Assembly: GCA_964016885.1 (NCBI GenBank)
Contig: OZ024740.1
Span: 307,768,001 to 307,832,000, forward strand
Origin: Eledone cirrhosa
Taxonomy: Eukaryota
Length of the DNA stretch: 64,000 nt
Direction: 5' to 3'
The notes below the pieces were generated by a model. The model was not told the DNA's origin. It did not search any database and worked only from the letters and a program-made list of their open reading frames with translations. Below are positions 34,965 through 48,397 of the stretch, piece after piece. The number at the start of each line of letters is the position of its first letter. Within the stretch, counting starts at the first letter, position 1. The translations under genes and the position numbers were made by a program.

Positions 34965-35452
34965 TTAACTTTTTTAATACCAAACTGCCTGAAACTGCCC
35001 CTGGTTCTATAATACAAAACTATTTTAAAGTGCTTAACCCTTTAGCATTTAAACTGGCTGTATCCAGCCAGAATTATCTCACCTCTTTCTGTTCAAACCA
35101 GCCGTAACTATCCACTCATACTAATGTTAAGGTATTGTTCTCAAAATAAATAACATCAAAATCTCATAGATTCGATATTATGAGATAATTATGTAAGATA
35201 AAGCCTTTACCACAAAAATACAATAGTATATATAGAGTAATGTAAATGCTAAAGGGTTAAAATGCTTAAATGTATCTAAAAACCTTTCATTCTATTTTAT
35301 GTGACAACCTTTATTAAGTTATGTATCAAACACTTAAAAAATAATGAGAAAGTTAGTTATATCACACAATGCCTTCAAATTCTTGATTATTTTCATTATT
35401 TGAAAATCATAGGCAGTGTCTTTCATGAAAAATATGCTAGCAAAAGGATTAA
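34965..35452 (+). mobile_element. piggyBac-like MITE B with MITE A (35034-35260, reverse) nested at a TTAA
   Basis: Inner element has perfect TIRs ttaaccctttagcattta / taaatgctaaagggttaa; outer halves match 26918-27152. Confidence 0.85.
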
Positions 35453-36750
35453 CACCAAATCCTACTGTATCCACACCATATGCACAAAGAGGTGGACAGA
35501 AATTCAATAAGGTGCACATAGTGTAATCTATGGATGCACAAGAGATGTAGTAGGATTGCAGGCAGGCAGACAGAAAAGATAGACCTTGTATGTGGCAGAT
35601 GCACAGGAGAAGTAAGCACTAGGAGCACACATGAAATCAACAACTTCTGTTGCCAGAAAGGCTCCTTAAAAGTAGTTGACAGCTTTTGTTACCTAGTTAA
35701 TCTAATTAACAGTGTGGGAGGATGCACTGAAAGTGTGATAGCCAGGATCAGAACAGGCTGGAAAAAGTGTGAAAAACTGATATCACTGCTGACAAAACAG
35801 GGCTTCTCTCAGAGTGAAGGGTAGACTGCATGATGCCTGTGTGCTACATGGCAGTGAAACATGGGCCTTGATCGCAGACAACCTGCAAAGGTTGGAAAGA
35901 AATGAAGTGTGTATACTACAATGGATGTGTAATGTTAGTGTGCATGATCGACATAGCATAAATGAACTGAAAGAAAAATTTACCATAAGAGTAATTAGAT
36001 GTAGTGTGCAAGAGAGAAGATTGTGTTGGTATGGACATGGGATATGTATGGAAGATAGCAGCAGCACAAAGAAATTCAGAGAAATATGACCTGTGTCCCT
36101 TCCTTTGACTAGTACTTCCCAGTAGCCATCCCCACCATCACTGCAGTCCCCATCCAAGCCTCTTCCATTACCACTCCCCCTTCTAAAACACTTAGATACC
36201 ATCACTATCGTATCCTAGTAACTACTCTCTCTAACCCCTTCACTCACACCACTTAGCTATTTCTCCATCACTACATCCATCCCTCTGCACACTATTGACC
36301 ATGCCATTCACTCTCCCACACCACTACATCCCCTCTCGTCATAACACCTACAACTTCATACTTGTCTCCCCTATCATCCTTCCTCATAGAGGAGAAAGGG
36401 CTCTACAGCTGAGACTATGACTAAAAACCACTCTAGAGACAGCACCATGAAAATCCACCTGGTACACCCTAGAAAGTGGCTGGCAATAAGAGGAGCACTC
36501 TGCTGTAGAAACCATGCCTAAAAGGGTTGAAAGGACCCCTTAGTTGTTTCGATGGCACAACAACCTCTCTAGTGTTGATGATGATCATCATCATCCTTTA
36601 ACATCCATTTTCCATGCACCCAGTACATGCTGCAAAGTGGTTAATGATAAGAAGGGCATCCAGCTGTAGAAAGCTTGCTAAACAAAGGATTAGGAGGACT
36701 TTCAGTTGTGTCATGGACATAACAACCTCCCTAGTGTTGGTGATCTACAT
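35453..36750 (+). mobile_element. RTE-PHD family 3' portion (3' UTR resumes at 41452-41752 after the hAT)
   Basis: MHKRCSRIAG..LVCGRCTG, VVDSFCYL, VLHGSETWAL, RRLCWYGH; 3' UTR units and gatgatgat tail at about 41740. Confidence 0.85.
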
Positions 36751-37368
36751 CAAAGGTTCTCAACCCATTTCGGCCAAATGCCCCCTTTTGCCCCTCAAAA
36801 TCACGAAACGCCCCCTACCCTATTTTTCCATTTTTCAATATACTACTGATTTTGATATCAGTAGATTACTAAAAAATTGATTAACGATATTCCAAAGATA
36901 CCATTGCAGGCAGTTGAAAGTATAAATACATTTCTTGAAAGGAAGTATATAAATTTCAAAAAAAGGAACATAAATGTTCTTTTTTATGAATAAGGACCAG
37001 TTGAATTTGTTATATTCCCACCAGACGATATCAGCTATTTTGAACATTTATACAAGAGCAACTCTGCCTATCCAAAGAGTGCTCTTATCTGGAAGAAAGT
37101 GGCAATTGTATTATTTCAAAGCTTTCCAATTTTCCCTTTAATGAAATGGACAGAATAAATGTTGATATCTAACTTGATGTCCCCTCCGCTTTGTGAGCTT
37201 AGAGACCACTCAAGAGGGTTTTCATGACCACGTAAGAGGGTATATTCATTAGTAAACAGTAAAATATATACAACAAATGAGTAAGTGAATTGTGGTAGAT
37301 GGTTTCCAGTCCAGTCAGACTGCAACTAAAAATAAAAAAAAAAAAAATCGACTTACTTTGACCTCGTA

Positions 37369-38106
37369 TCAATGGGACCCTTGAGCTTCATGGAGTCTAG
37401 CTAACTCTTTGACGTCAGGCTGGATTTTCGTGAGCTGTAGACGGAGATCTCCACGTGCAATCACATTGTAGTGGTTGCGAGCCTTACTATGCAGTCTGGA
37501 AACAACGCCAAACCCCCTCTCGACTAAGTATGAGCTAGGAAAAGGCAAAGCAAATCTCTTAGCCTCTGCATGTAGGAGTGGAAATTGACGCTGAATTTCC
37601 TCTTGCATCCAAAAAAGGGGTTCACCTATTTTGGAAAATTTAATTTTGATAATGTCATCTGTCTGAAGTTCAATTAATTCTTCCTGAAATTTAACATCGA
37701 AATCGTCGACGTTAGCTATGAAGGGATCTACTATCCACATTGGGATGTCCATCTGCAAAAGGTCGACAAACTGTTGTCTCATGTTGTCTTGTAGTGCACG
37801 GAGGTGCGTGGTATAAATTTGGAGTTGGTCATCGCTCACAATGTTTTGAACATTGGCGACACTAGGAAAATTATAGAATTCCTGTCGACAGATTCCTTTC
37901 GATGACTTTCAATTTGGCCAGGAATATTTTCACAGCATTCATTGCTTTAAACAAGGTGATCTTCTCCTCCTGCAAAGCCATAATGAGGCTATTGCATTTG
38001 TCGAAGATGTCGGCGAGGTAGGCGCAGTCTTGCCTCACATCGAGGGTTTTTTTTATACAGTTCTGTGTTGCGTCCTCGAAGAAACTCAATGATAGAGTCG
38101 AACAGT
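37369..38106 (-). pseudogene. Buster-type hAT transposase C-terminal fragment (frameshifted)
   Basis: AYLADIFDKCN..LQ, WIVDPF, EELIELQTD, PFPSSYLVERGF, RGDLRLQLTKIQPD..L...EAQGSH. Confidence 0.9.
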
Positions 38107-38577
38107 TCAAAGAAGCAACATGCTACCTAGATTGAAGGTGGTACTTTGAAAAGATTTCTTCAATCCTTCAAGGAATTGAAGTAATGGAACTACAACGTAC
38201 AATCCAAGAACACATTGGCCCGGAGAGTGACACGTAAGAATAACATTAGCTCTGGATGCAATGTTGGTGCCAAACTCATTTGTTGCCTCTTGTAAAGAAA
38301 TAGGGACATCTGAATAATTATCAAGAAGGGCTTTGGCTGCAGAAAGTCGTGTTAGCCATCGAGTAGGGCACACAGGTGTTAAGGAGCGTGGTGATGATAC
38401 TTCATTTTCTTTGTCATGTTGTGATAAATACGCTTGCTTAAATTTCCCTGATGTACTATATAGTTTCCCCAATTCATTCACGTAATCTAGAACAGTTTTG
38501 ATAAGTGAAGCTTGTTGTACGGACTTAGTTATAATAAGTTGAGAAATATGAATGCCGCAGTGCACATAATGGGCCAA
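38107..38577 (-). pseudogene. Different (Tip100/Ac-like) hAT transposase internal fragment
   Basis: HYVHCGIH (CxxH) and LTPVCPTRWLTR motifs. Confidence 0.8.
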
Positions 38578-39183
38578 ATCAAGTTATGTTAGAATCTTTA
38601 AAAAATACCCGTACGAATTAAATACAAAAAAAGTTTCAGTCCAAAACAAAAGCAAACTATTTCAAATTATATATATTTTTGAAAAATAGACGTGAATGTT
38701 CTCAAAGACTTGATTTCAGTCGAAAAAGCTTTTTTTTTATTCTATATTTCACTGTTAGCTGTCGTAATATTTTGATTGGATAAACAATTCTACAATTCAA
38801 ACTGTAAAGTCAAAATACAAAAGATGTAAAATATGAAGAATTTCTTACCTTTCTCTGAAATCACAAACTCAGGGGAAAAATAGTACCTTGCAAAATAAAA
38901 TACCTCGTAGCAAAATAAAATACTTAGCAACGAATGAATTTAGAAGCTTGGAGACAGTGAGAAAGTAGTATTTGTATCCCTTATATATATATACATAGAT
39001 AGATACACAGACACACACAAACACACATAGACGCGCACGCACACACACACACACACACACACACATACATACACACACACAAACTTGTGTGTGTGTGTGC
39101 CTTGGTTTGGGTACAGAAAGAATTTTGTCTAGTTTTTTATTGCCAGGTCAAGCTCTTTTCAACAACGCCAAATAACAACGCTC

Positions 39184-39217
<34 letters not shown>

Positions 39218-39301
39218 AAGAAGACAGAAAGAGGGAGGGACAGAGAGAGTAAGAAATGTGTGTGTGTTTGGTACACATCTATCTATCTATCTATTTATCT
39301 C

Positions 39302-40872
39302 GAGGAAGTTGGCACCTTACTGAAGGAATACAAAAGGTTCACAGGAGCGAAGCTGAACCGGGACAAGTCCATCGGTTTGCAACTCGGATCGTGGAGAGGC
39401 AAACCGATGCCTTCCGATGGCGTCGTCGGATGCTGGACGGAAGGACCGGAAAAGTTGCTTGGGGTCTGGTTTGGTCTGGACCTCCAGGTGGAGAAGAACT
39501 GGAACGAGATGACGGCCAAGGTGTTTGCACTCACCCAGAAGTGGGCCGAGTGCAAATTATCCTTGAAAGATCGAGCGGAAATGGCAAACACTTTTATAGC
39601 GTCCGCCATCTACTACCGCTTGACCGTCGTGCCTTGTCCAGCCAAAACGCTCACCAAAATGGAGCGCGCGCTCTTCCAATTCCTTTAGAAGAGGCGGGCT
39701 CCTTTGGGGAGAAGCTCCATCTGCTGCCAACACCCTTCCAAAGGAGGGCTGGGGATGCCGTGGCTGACGATGCGCAAACACGCGCTCAGGCTGCGGAATC
39801 TCTACGTATTCCTCACCGGACAATGGGTGTGGGCCCCGTTTGTGAGGCGAGCCTTCCCACGACTCGTCTCGCTGACCGAGCTGCAGTCCTGGGTCAAGCA
39901 AGGACCGAGGAAAATGGGCGACTGGCACATCGAATGTGCTCAGGCGCTCACAGCCCTCTGGCAGGCGAACCTGGCAATCAGTGGAGACTCCACTCCGTCA
40001 TTCTATAGAGGGTTGATCCACAGCAAGTGCGACGATGCGCTCGGTGAAACTCTAGGCGTAGAGGAAGACGAACTGGCCAGTCTGTTCGGTAGGACCTTCT
40101 GCCCGGGACCGATGGACAACTTCCAAAAGTCCCTGGCCTGGCAGTGCTACCGAGGAGCTCTACCAGTTCGAGACAAGCTCTACAGACATGGGCGCCCGGG
40201 CAGGGACCCTGCAAAAAAGATCTGTCCGAGGTGCGTGCGAGACGAAGAAACCGTCGCACACGCATTCATACACTGCACTGGCATCACCGACCTGTTGGGC
40301 TATGTAGAACGGCTATTGTCGCGAGTGGGACCAATCCGGTTGACCACCGAGTCCATTGTCAAACCGCCACCCTCCTTCAAAAACGAAGGAGAGGCGGTTT
40401 TCCTTTGTGTGATAGCTGTGGCGAAAGAGGTTGTATGGTGGACAAGGTTGAAAGGGCTGAGGTCAGACACCTTTCTCTCCGGCCAACAATTGATTCTTTT
40501 TTCAAATACCACTTTGGAAGAAGAATCAGGATGGAGAGAAAGGTGCTGTACCCCAGCAAGTTTCATGAAAGGTGGGTGAAAGTGGCGAGAATGGCCCGAG
40601 TGAATGGGCCTTCTCTCTATATCAGCCTGTAGGTTGAGGAAAAGGAGAGGAGGAAAGGAGTACAAACTCTTTGCACTCCTGGAGATGAGGGTTGCACATT
40701 TTTTTTCGGGGAGTATGTGTTACCCATATGAACTGTCTCCCCCTATTGGGGAAAAAATCGACTAATTTTTAAATTGCATTTGTGATAATATTTTACACGT
40801 TTTTATTGTATGTAAACTTCCCCCTTTGTATTTGTCCCCTTCTTTTGTGCCCCTGTGGCTAATAAAGAAACA
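39302..40872 (+). mobile_element. 5'-truncated Tx1-like (L1 clade) LINE
   Basis: TGAKLNRDKS, KLLGVWFG, KLSLKDRA, KGGLGMP, ALPVRDKL, CPRC..EETVAHAFIHC; AATAAA at 40861; 18-bp TSD tatctatctatttatctc at 39284-39301 and 40873-40890. Confidence 0.93.
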
Positions 40873-42300
40873 TATCTATCTATTTATCTCCAAGAGGGGG
40901 CTCACACATGCAGCCCGCGAACTACTTATCTGTGGCCCATGGTAGAACCAATATTTCATATCGCATTATAACTGGTGAAAATAAGACGGTGAGCTGGTGG
41001 AATCATTAGCACATCGGTGAATTTTATTACCTAAGGAGATTAAATACCACACCTCTGGCTGAAAGCTGACCAGGTTCTCAACTTCATCAAACACTAATGC
41101 TGGCCTGTGTGTGTATATATGCGTGTGTGCGTATGTATGTGTATATATGTGTATGTATGTATGTATGTATGTATGTGTATGTTCACCACCATTGCTTCTT
41201 GTCATTTCTGTTGAAGTAGTCCTTTCATTCCCTTAAATTTCTTTTGATTTTCTTTTATCTCCCTAGGGAATTGGTTGACAAGCTTCTTTAATTTATTTTC
41301 TTTGTTTTCTTCATTCAAATCACTGACTGTCTAAGAGACTACAAATATGACTTATAAAACTAAAGGGGCTTCTAGCGCCCTCAAAGTTTCACCCCCCCCC
41401 CCCCAACGCCCCCTTACTGTATACCCCCCCCCCCCCCGTTCAGAACCTTTAATCTACTTGATAAACACAACCAGTACACTCTGTAAAGTGATTAGTGATA
41501 GGAAGAGCATTCAGCTGTAGAAAACCTGCCAATCAAAGTGTTGGGAGGACCCTCCAGTTGTGTCTAAGATATGATAACCTCTCTAGTGTTGGTGACACAA
41601 CAAAATCTACTTGGTAGAATGTGAAACCATATGTAAGCTAGATGCGAACCCCTAGCCTGTCTGGAAAGTCAGTGGCCCAACAGACACTGTATGTGAAAAC
41701 CCATCCTTCCCCTGCTAGCAGGAAAAGTGGACATGAAATGATGATGATGATCAATGCCACCACTGATAAATTAATTTGTCTCACAAAGTCAATGTTTTAT
41801 TTAAACAAATTTCAGACAACATTTAAAAATTTAAAAGAAAGAATTAAATTTGAAATTTCATTAAATCAAAATGTTCAAATTTAAAATTTAACAGATGGAA
41901 ATTTATAATGATGATTGTGAAGAAATGATAAAATTGTGAAAGATTATGTATATAATTTACTTGTAGCAAAACATAAAATTTATTTTAATTATTTTATGAT
42001 ATTTATTACATTAGGGAAATGTTATCAAATGTAACAAAATATTCAATAACTGAATCAAAATTTTAGTTGAATATGTTAATATAATAGCCAGAAATATAAA
42101 TAAATTACACAGAGTTCTTTCTTACTTCCAATTTTGAATCACTTATTATTTCTATTGTAACTGCATTGAATCAACATAGAGAATTTCACCACTATTTCAG
42201 CTATCAAAAATGTCTTACAATATATAAGCAACTTTCAAGCATTATATGACTATACTTATTTAGAGGTTAGGAAATATTTTACACACTATGAAAATAAAGT

Positions 42301-42546
42301 TTAACTCTTTCAATACCAACTTGCCTAAGACAGCCTGTGGTACTCTGATGAAACAGTACATTTTAAAGTGTTCATATCTAAATTAAAATGTTGCATCATA
42401 ATTTGATGTAAGAATTTTGTTGTCATCATCTTAATGACATCATGTAAAAGTAATTCGACTAAAACCTTCCAAATTCTTGATTATTTCAAAATCAATTGAA
42501 ACAAATTCAATGTATTTCATGAGAAATATGGTCATTATAGAGTTTA
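42301..42546 (+). mobile_element. piggyBac-like MITE family B
   Basis: ttaactctttcaataccaac ... gaaatatggtcattatagagttta. Confidence 0.65.
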
Positions 42547-42764
42547 CATATTTAGAACTTGACACAAAAATAAATTTCAATAGTGAAGTATTAAGAAAAA
42601 TTCCTTCTAGCTCTGATTTTCACCAGTGATATCACATCGTTAATTGATTTATCTTCCATGGACTGCCTATTTTAAAATATTCCAATCTACAATGTTAGTG
42701 CATAGCCCAACGTTTCACAAAAGGAGTAAGTAATATTCTGTTTTATCATAATTCTTCATATATA

Positions 42765-43966
42765 CGTGGTGGTATCAAAAAGTTTCTGGACTGGTTCTGT
42801 AGCATGCCAACAGATGGCAACATTCAGTTGCGCATGCAGTAAGAGCTAGCAGTGACCTTCATGCACTAGTGTACCGAGTGTTCACTTCGCAAGTAGTGAA
42901 ATTTATGATTTTGTAATCACATGTATGCTGAAAACTGCAATTTTGTCATGGAAAGGAAGTTGGAACAAAGAGTCAGCCTGAAATTTTGCATTCAACTTAG
43001 AAAGTCTGCTACAGAGACATTGAGCATGGTTCGGTAAGCTTATGGCGACAAGGCAATGGTTTGTACGCAATGCTTCAAGTGGCACGGGAGCTTCAAAAGT
43101 GGAAGAACGTCCCTAGAAGGTGATGAGCTATCTGGAAGACCTGCCGCGAGTGTCACCCCTGGAAATGGGGAGAAAATTAATCAGCTCATGCATGAGAATC
43201 ATCGGAGGACAATCAATATTGCTGATGTTGTTGGTTAGTCTAATGGGTCCGTGCAGGCAATCCTAACTTCTGAATTGAACATGTGGCATGTCGCTGCCAA
43301 GTACCCCCCCCCCCCCCCCCCCCACTGAGCAGAAAGATCATCTCCGGTGATCAGAATTGGGTCAACGGGTATGACCCTGAGATGAAGCAGCAGTTGACTC
43401 AGTGGCAAAACCGTTTATTTCCATGACCAAAGAAGGAATGACAGAGCAGCAGCTCAATCAAGAGCATGCTCATTGTTTTTTTTTGACATCGAGAATTCAC
43501 CCCACAGAGCCAGACCATCAACTAAGAGTTCCACTGCAACATTTTGAGGCATTTGAGGGAGGAGATCCAGTGAAAGTGACAGGATCTGTGGAACACAAAA
43601 AATTGGATTCTTCACGATGACAATGCCCCATGTCACCAAGCTCTCCTCACTCGTGAGTTTCTCGCCCAAAACAACATAGTATCGCTTCCATACCCGTACT
43701 TTTCACCAGATTTAGCTCATGCCAACTGCCATCTCTTTTCCAAGCTGAAAATGCAACTCAAAGGTTGCCGTTTTAACACCGTTGCTGAGATCCAGAGCGA
43801 ATCACAGAAGGTCCTCGACTCACTTACGGAAAACAACTTCCAGGCTGGATTCCAAAAGTGGCAGGAACGCTGGGACTGGCGTATTGCCGTGCAAGGTGAC
43901 TATTTTGAAGGAGATGATGTTAAAACTTAGGTAAATATATTATTTTTTTAAAAACATAATTAGTCC
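42765..43966 (+). mobile_element. Decayed mariner transposon (right TIR truncated)
   Basis: TA-cgtggtggtatcaaaaagttt left end; EQRVSLKFC..KSATET, FKWHGSFKSGRTSLE..SGRP, DNAPCH, PYFSPDLA, QGDYFEGD. Confidence 0.92.
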
Positions 43967-44376
43967 CCTGTTCCATTATCTGGTGGACTCTTAGTAAACT
44001 AGGAGTAGACAAGTGGCTTGTCAGAGCCATACAAGCCATGTATAGTGAAACAGTCAGGAAGAGGAGAATCAACAATGCCTATGGCAAAGAATTTAACATG
44101 CAGATTGGTGTCCATCAGGGCTCAGTTCTTAGCCCTCTCCTGTTTATTATCATCCTGCAGGCAATAATAGAGGAACTTGTGTATGCAGATGACCTAACCC
44201 TTAAAGCTGAATTAGAGATGAAATTCCAAACCTGGAAGCATGGCCTAGAATCAAAAGGTCTTAAAGTCAACTTGTCAAAAACTGAAGTTCTAGTAAGTAG
44301 GAAGGAAAACAGGGCCCAGATCTCCTCAGAGAAATGGACCTGCTCAGTGTGCAGAAAGGGAGTAGGTAGAAATAAT
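43967..44376 (+). mobile_element. RTE-PHD family RT fragment
   Basis: GVHQGSVLSPLLFII, YADDL, KWTCSVCRKGVGRN. Confidence 0.9.
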
Positions 44377-44592
44377 GGTTTCTTATATAGGCACAAGGCC
44401 AGCAATTTTGGGGAGGGGAAAGTTGATTAAATCGACCCCGGTGTGTGACTGGTACTTTATTTTATCGACCCCGCAAGGACGAAAGGCAAAGTTAACCTTG
44501 GCGGGATTTGAACTCAGATCATAAAGGGCCATAACTCTATGCTGTAAAGTATGTCGTCCGACCCTCTACCGATACTGCCCATCCACTGCCCA
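44377..44592 (-). mobile_element. Full-length tRNA-SINE (long subfamily) with 17-bp TSD
   Basis: A and B boxes; TSD gagtaggtagaaataat at 44360-44376 and 44593-44609. Confidence 0.92.
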
Positions 44593-44974
44593 GAGTAGGT
44601 AGAAATAATATAGATTAAGTCTTTGATTCCATTTCAGAGTTAAGATTATTTACTTCTTTATGTAATGATAAGAATAATAGATAGCAACTAGTAGAAGAGC
44701 TGACAACTGTATATAGCAAAGAATATAGTTTTCAAATATGTTTTCTTCTAAGACTGCCTCTTCAGTGATACCTGTGTGAATTTTACACCATCTCAAGGAT
44801 CAAACATTTCAGAAAAAAATACAATTTCAAAAGAGATTATGTATTTCAAGGTTCTCTATAAATTTCCAACAGCCTTATAGTTTTCAAAATAATAATGAAA
44901 ATCCATGGGTACTACTAGTTTAAATTAAAACCTTTCATTATTATTTTATGTAAAAACATTTTTCCCTTTCAGGT

Positions 44975-47390
44975 ACATAGAACCTTTGCTCAAGGAACTA
45001 ACAACTGTCAAGATGAAAATCATCTCAGGACTGCCACTCTCAGTGTTGGTACCATAAAAGATAAATCAGGTGATATTGTGGAGCTGTTAGAGAGGAAAGA
45101 AATGGGTGTATGCTGAGAGATGGAGGGGTGTCTCAGCAAGACTACTCACAGGCAAACAATATAGTTACAAACGTTACTGGGTAGGAAATTACAATAGTGT
45201 AGGCATCCTATTAGCTGAAAAATAGATAAATAAGGTGACAGAATTATCAAGCTTAGAATAGCTTTAGGAAATAGAATGGGGACAATTACATCTACCTATG
45301 CACCACAGGTAGGACTGAGTAAAGAAGAAAAAGACAGGTTCGATGAGGAACTTCTACAGACAACTTCAGACTGTTGAAAGGGGCTTCATTATCCTGGCAG
45401 GCGATTTCAATGGATATGTGGGACAGTACCAGCACGGATTCAGTGGAGTTCATAGTGGCTATGGCTATGGCTCAAGAAATGTAGAGGGAGTGAAGCTCAT
45501 GGATTACTGTGATGTAAATGAACTAACCATTTGCAACACAAATTTCAGGAAAACAGCTAGCCATCTGATCACATACCAATCAAGCAAACACATAAGCTAG
45601 ATTGATTTTTTTATTTGTAAGACGAGATAAACATACTATAATAAATACTAAGGCCTTCTCTGGGGAAGGATGTGCCAGCCAACACAAGGAAGTTATTAGA
45701 GACATCAGAAAAAAAACACAAGACAGAACAAGATATGCAGAAAAATATGGAGATAGAGGGTTTTGATGCCAAAGGACCTTTCAGTTAAATATAGCATGCA
45801 TTTGATGAGAGGGGTGATAAGCTAGATACATATAACATAAAGGACAATTGGAAATTCTTGTGTGACAACCTTTTGTGAACTACTGATGAGACTGGAGTAA
45901 AATGCCAGTTAGATAGAGGGTGACTTGGTGGTGGAACAGCACAGTGGATAGAGTCATTAAGGCCAAGAGACAGGTGTAGAAAGGCTGGAAAAATGGGGAT
46001 AGCAGAGATCAGTACCAGGTAGCTAAGAGAGAAGCTAGACAACATGTATACACAGCTCAGAGAGAGGTTAAAAAAAGAAAGTTTGGCAATGTCTTGCGAC
46101 GTGAGGATCAGAGATGTGAAGTGGTTCACATTACAAGGCAGTGTGAATCAGGATGTTGTTGAGGAAAAGTGTGTTAGAAATGACACTGGTGCACTTAGCA
46201 TCATTGATGCTAAAAAAAAAAAAGCCTGGAAATGTTACTATAAGAGACTGATGAATGTAGAGAATGAATGGGAGGAGTGACTCCCCCTAACTTACCCAAC
46301 AGAAGAACCAACTATTGAAATTGACAGTTATAGAGTTAAAGAATCAATCAAGTAGATGAAGAATGGACCATCAGAGATAGTTGCTGGGATGCTAAAAGCA
46401 TCAGGACAAATAGGAGTCAAACTAGTACTCTGCATAATACAGGATAAAGTCATACCCAATGACTGGCGCAGCAGTACAATCATAAATTGCTACAAGGGCA
46501 AAGGTGATGCACTAGAAAGAAGCAACTATAGAAGAATAAAACTAATGGACCAAGTTATGAAGTGATGGGAAAAATTATAGCACAGCTAATTAGGGAAAGA
46601 GTTAAATTAGATGAGATGCAGTTTGGTTTCATGCCTGGGAAAAGTATTACAGATGCCCTCTTTTGATCTAGAAAAGGCTGTAATAGAATACCTCCATCTA
46701 TTATCTGGTAGTCCGTAAGGAAATTAGATGTAGAAGAATGGCTTGTGAGAGCAATGTAAACCATATACAGAGGAGCTGTCAGTAAAGTGAGAGTAAGGTT
46801 TGGTTCTTAGCCCACTGCTAGTCATCATAGTTCTCCAGGTCATAACAGGCGTTTCAAACCGACTATCCATGGGAACTTCTCTTTGAGGATGACCTGGTCC
46901 TTATAGCTGAATCCATAAAAGAACTAGATAAGTTCTGACAATAGAAACAGAAGTTGGAATCAAAAAGTCTGAGAGTAAACTTAGCCAAAACTAAAGTACT
47001 AGTATGTAGGAAAGAAGATAGGACCCTGATTCCCCCAGAGAAGTGGCCCTGCTTAATATGTAGAAAAGGAGTAGGAATGAACTCTATATGATGGAAATAT
47101 TGGATATACTCATATAAGAGATGTAGTGGGATATCAGGTAGACAAACAGGAAGGGAAGACTTTGTATGTAGAAGATGCACAGGGGTAATCAAGGGGAAGA
47201 GTTTTCAGTGATATAAATCTTTTCCAATCACATGAAGGATCCATAGAAATGGTTAACAGTTTTTGCTATCAGCAGCAGAGGGGGGTGCTCTGAAAGCATA
47301 ACTAGAATAAGAATAAGATGGAAGGGAGCTACTCCCACTCTTGACAACAAAGGATTTTTCTCAACAAACAAAAGACAACTGTATGACTGT
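44975..47390 (+). mobile_element. Old, heavily mutated RTE-PHD LINE
   Basis: AGDFNGYVG..ICNTNFRK; INCYKGKGDALERSNY; KWPCLICRKGVG..HKRCSG..VCRRC; many stops. Confidence 0.9.
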
Positions 47391-48010
47391 GATGATAATG
47401 TTCCAAACATCAACTTAATAATGAAAAGTTAGTTATATTTACTAAATCACTCAAAATTTATAATACATATACTACCTATGTGTTTTATGAGGAATATTCT
47501 TCTGAAAGGATTAAGTAAATTGTTGAATTTTAGTATTACTATATCTTTCATTTTCTATCTCAATATTAACAAATGAAATATGATACTGTAATGAGATATG
47601 ATACTGTAAATCTTATTTTAAAAAAAACTGATATTATTTTTACAACAATTTTATTTATTACTTTTTCATTTTTTTTATGTCGTTGATTTTCATAATATTA
47701 TCATGATAAATTATCTCCTTTTCGTGTTATAGAGAAACAAAGGCTTCTTGCTAGCAATATGAGAATAAATATAATTTTCATTCATTTTCACTGAAATCAT
47801 TTGTGAAAATTGGAAAAACAATATATTTCCAGATCATATTTTGAGAAAAATGTTGCAGCAGTTAAAACAGATATTTCCCTGAAAATTGTTGACATGTAGT
47901 CCCAACATATGAAATGAGCCATTATATATTTCCATTATCTAAAAAACTGTGATATGGTTACTTTCAACAGAATCCAGTGATTTTATTTATATTGATGCAT
48001 ACGCATGTGT

Positions 48011-48385
48011 CATCATCATCATCATCATCATTTAACATCCATCTTCCACGCTTGGATGGGTTTGGATGGGAGTTTTCCCACTTGAGGCAAGATTGGTTGT
48101 CCTGCTCGTATAGGACTGTCTGGCGGGTTTTCTATGGCTGGATGCCCTTCCTAACCCCAACCACATTTACAGTGTGGACTGGGAGGTTTTTACCATGCTA
48201 CCTACACGGCCACATTACAGCGTGGACTGTGTGTTTTTTTGTCGTGACACCTACACGACCTCATTTGTTTCGGACTGGATGTTGTGGTACCAACATAACT
48301 TTACATTTAAGGGGGTGGTGTGGATGGGGTGGGGGTAGTGGGACAGGGGTGTATTTTTGTTAGCGGTGCCTACTGACTGTAGCGT
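48011..48385 (-). mobile_element. RTE-PHD 3' UTR-only insertion, very similar to 29291-29655
   Basis: Collinear match by eye, including the (CAT)n tail. Confidence 0.92.
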
Positions 48386-48397
48386 GCGTATATATAT

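Larger units (their letters stand above)
36751..41451 (-). mobile_element. Composite hAT (Buster/Charlie-type) element with nested inserts
   Basis: TIRs caaaggttctcaac / gttcagaaccttta; 8-bp TSD atcTAcat / atcTActt; gccccc subterminal motifs at both ends. Confidence 0.8.

Noticed and set aside
37369-37839. Domesticated ZBED8/ZBED5-like gene
   Set aside because: Truncated, frameshifted, and inside TIRs with a TSD
42340-42360. CTGATGA as a hammerhead core (also 59369 and 8272)
   Set aside because: No helix II or properly placed GAAA at 42345 and 59369; the stems at 8272 pair poorly
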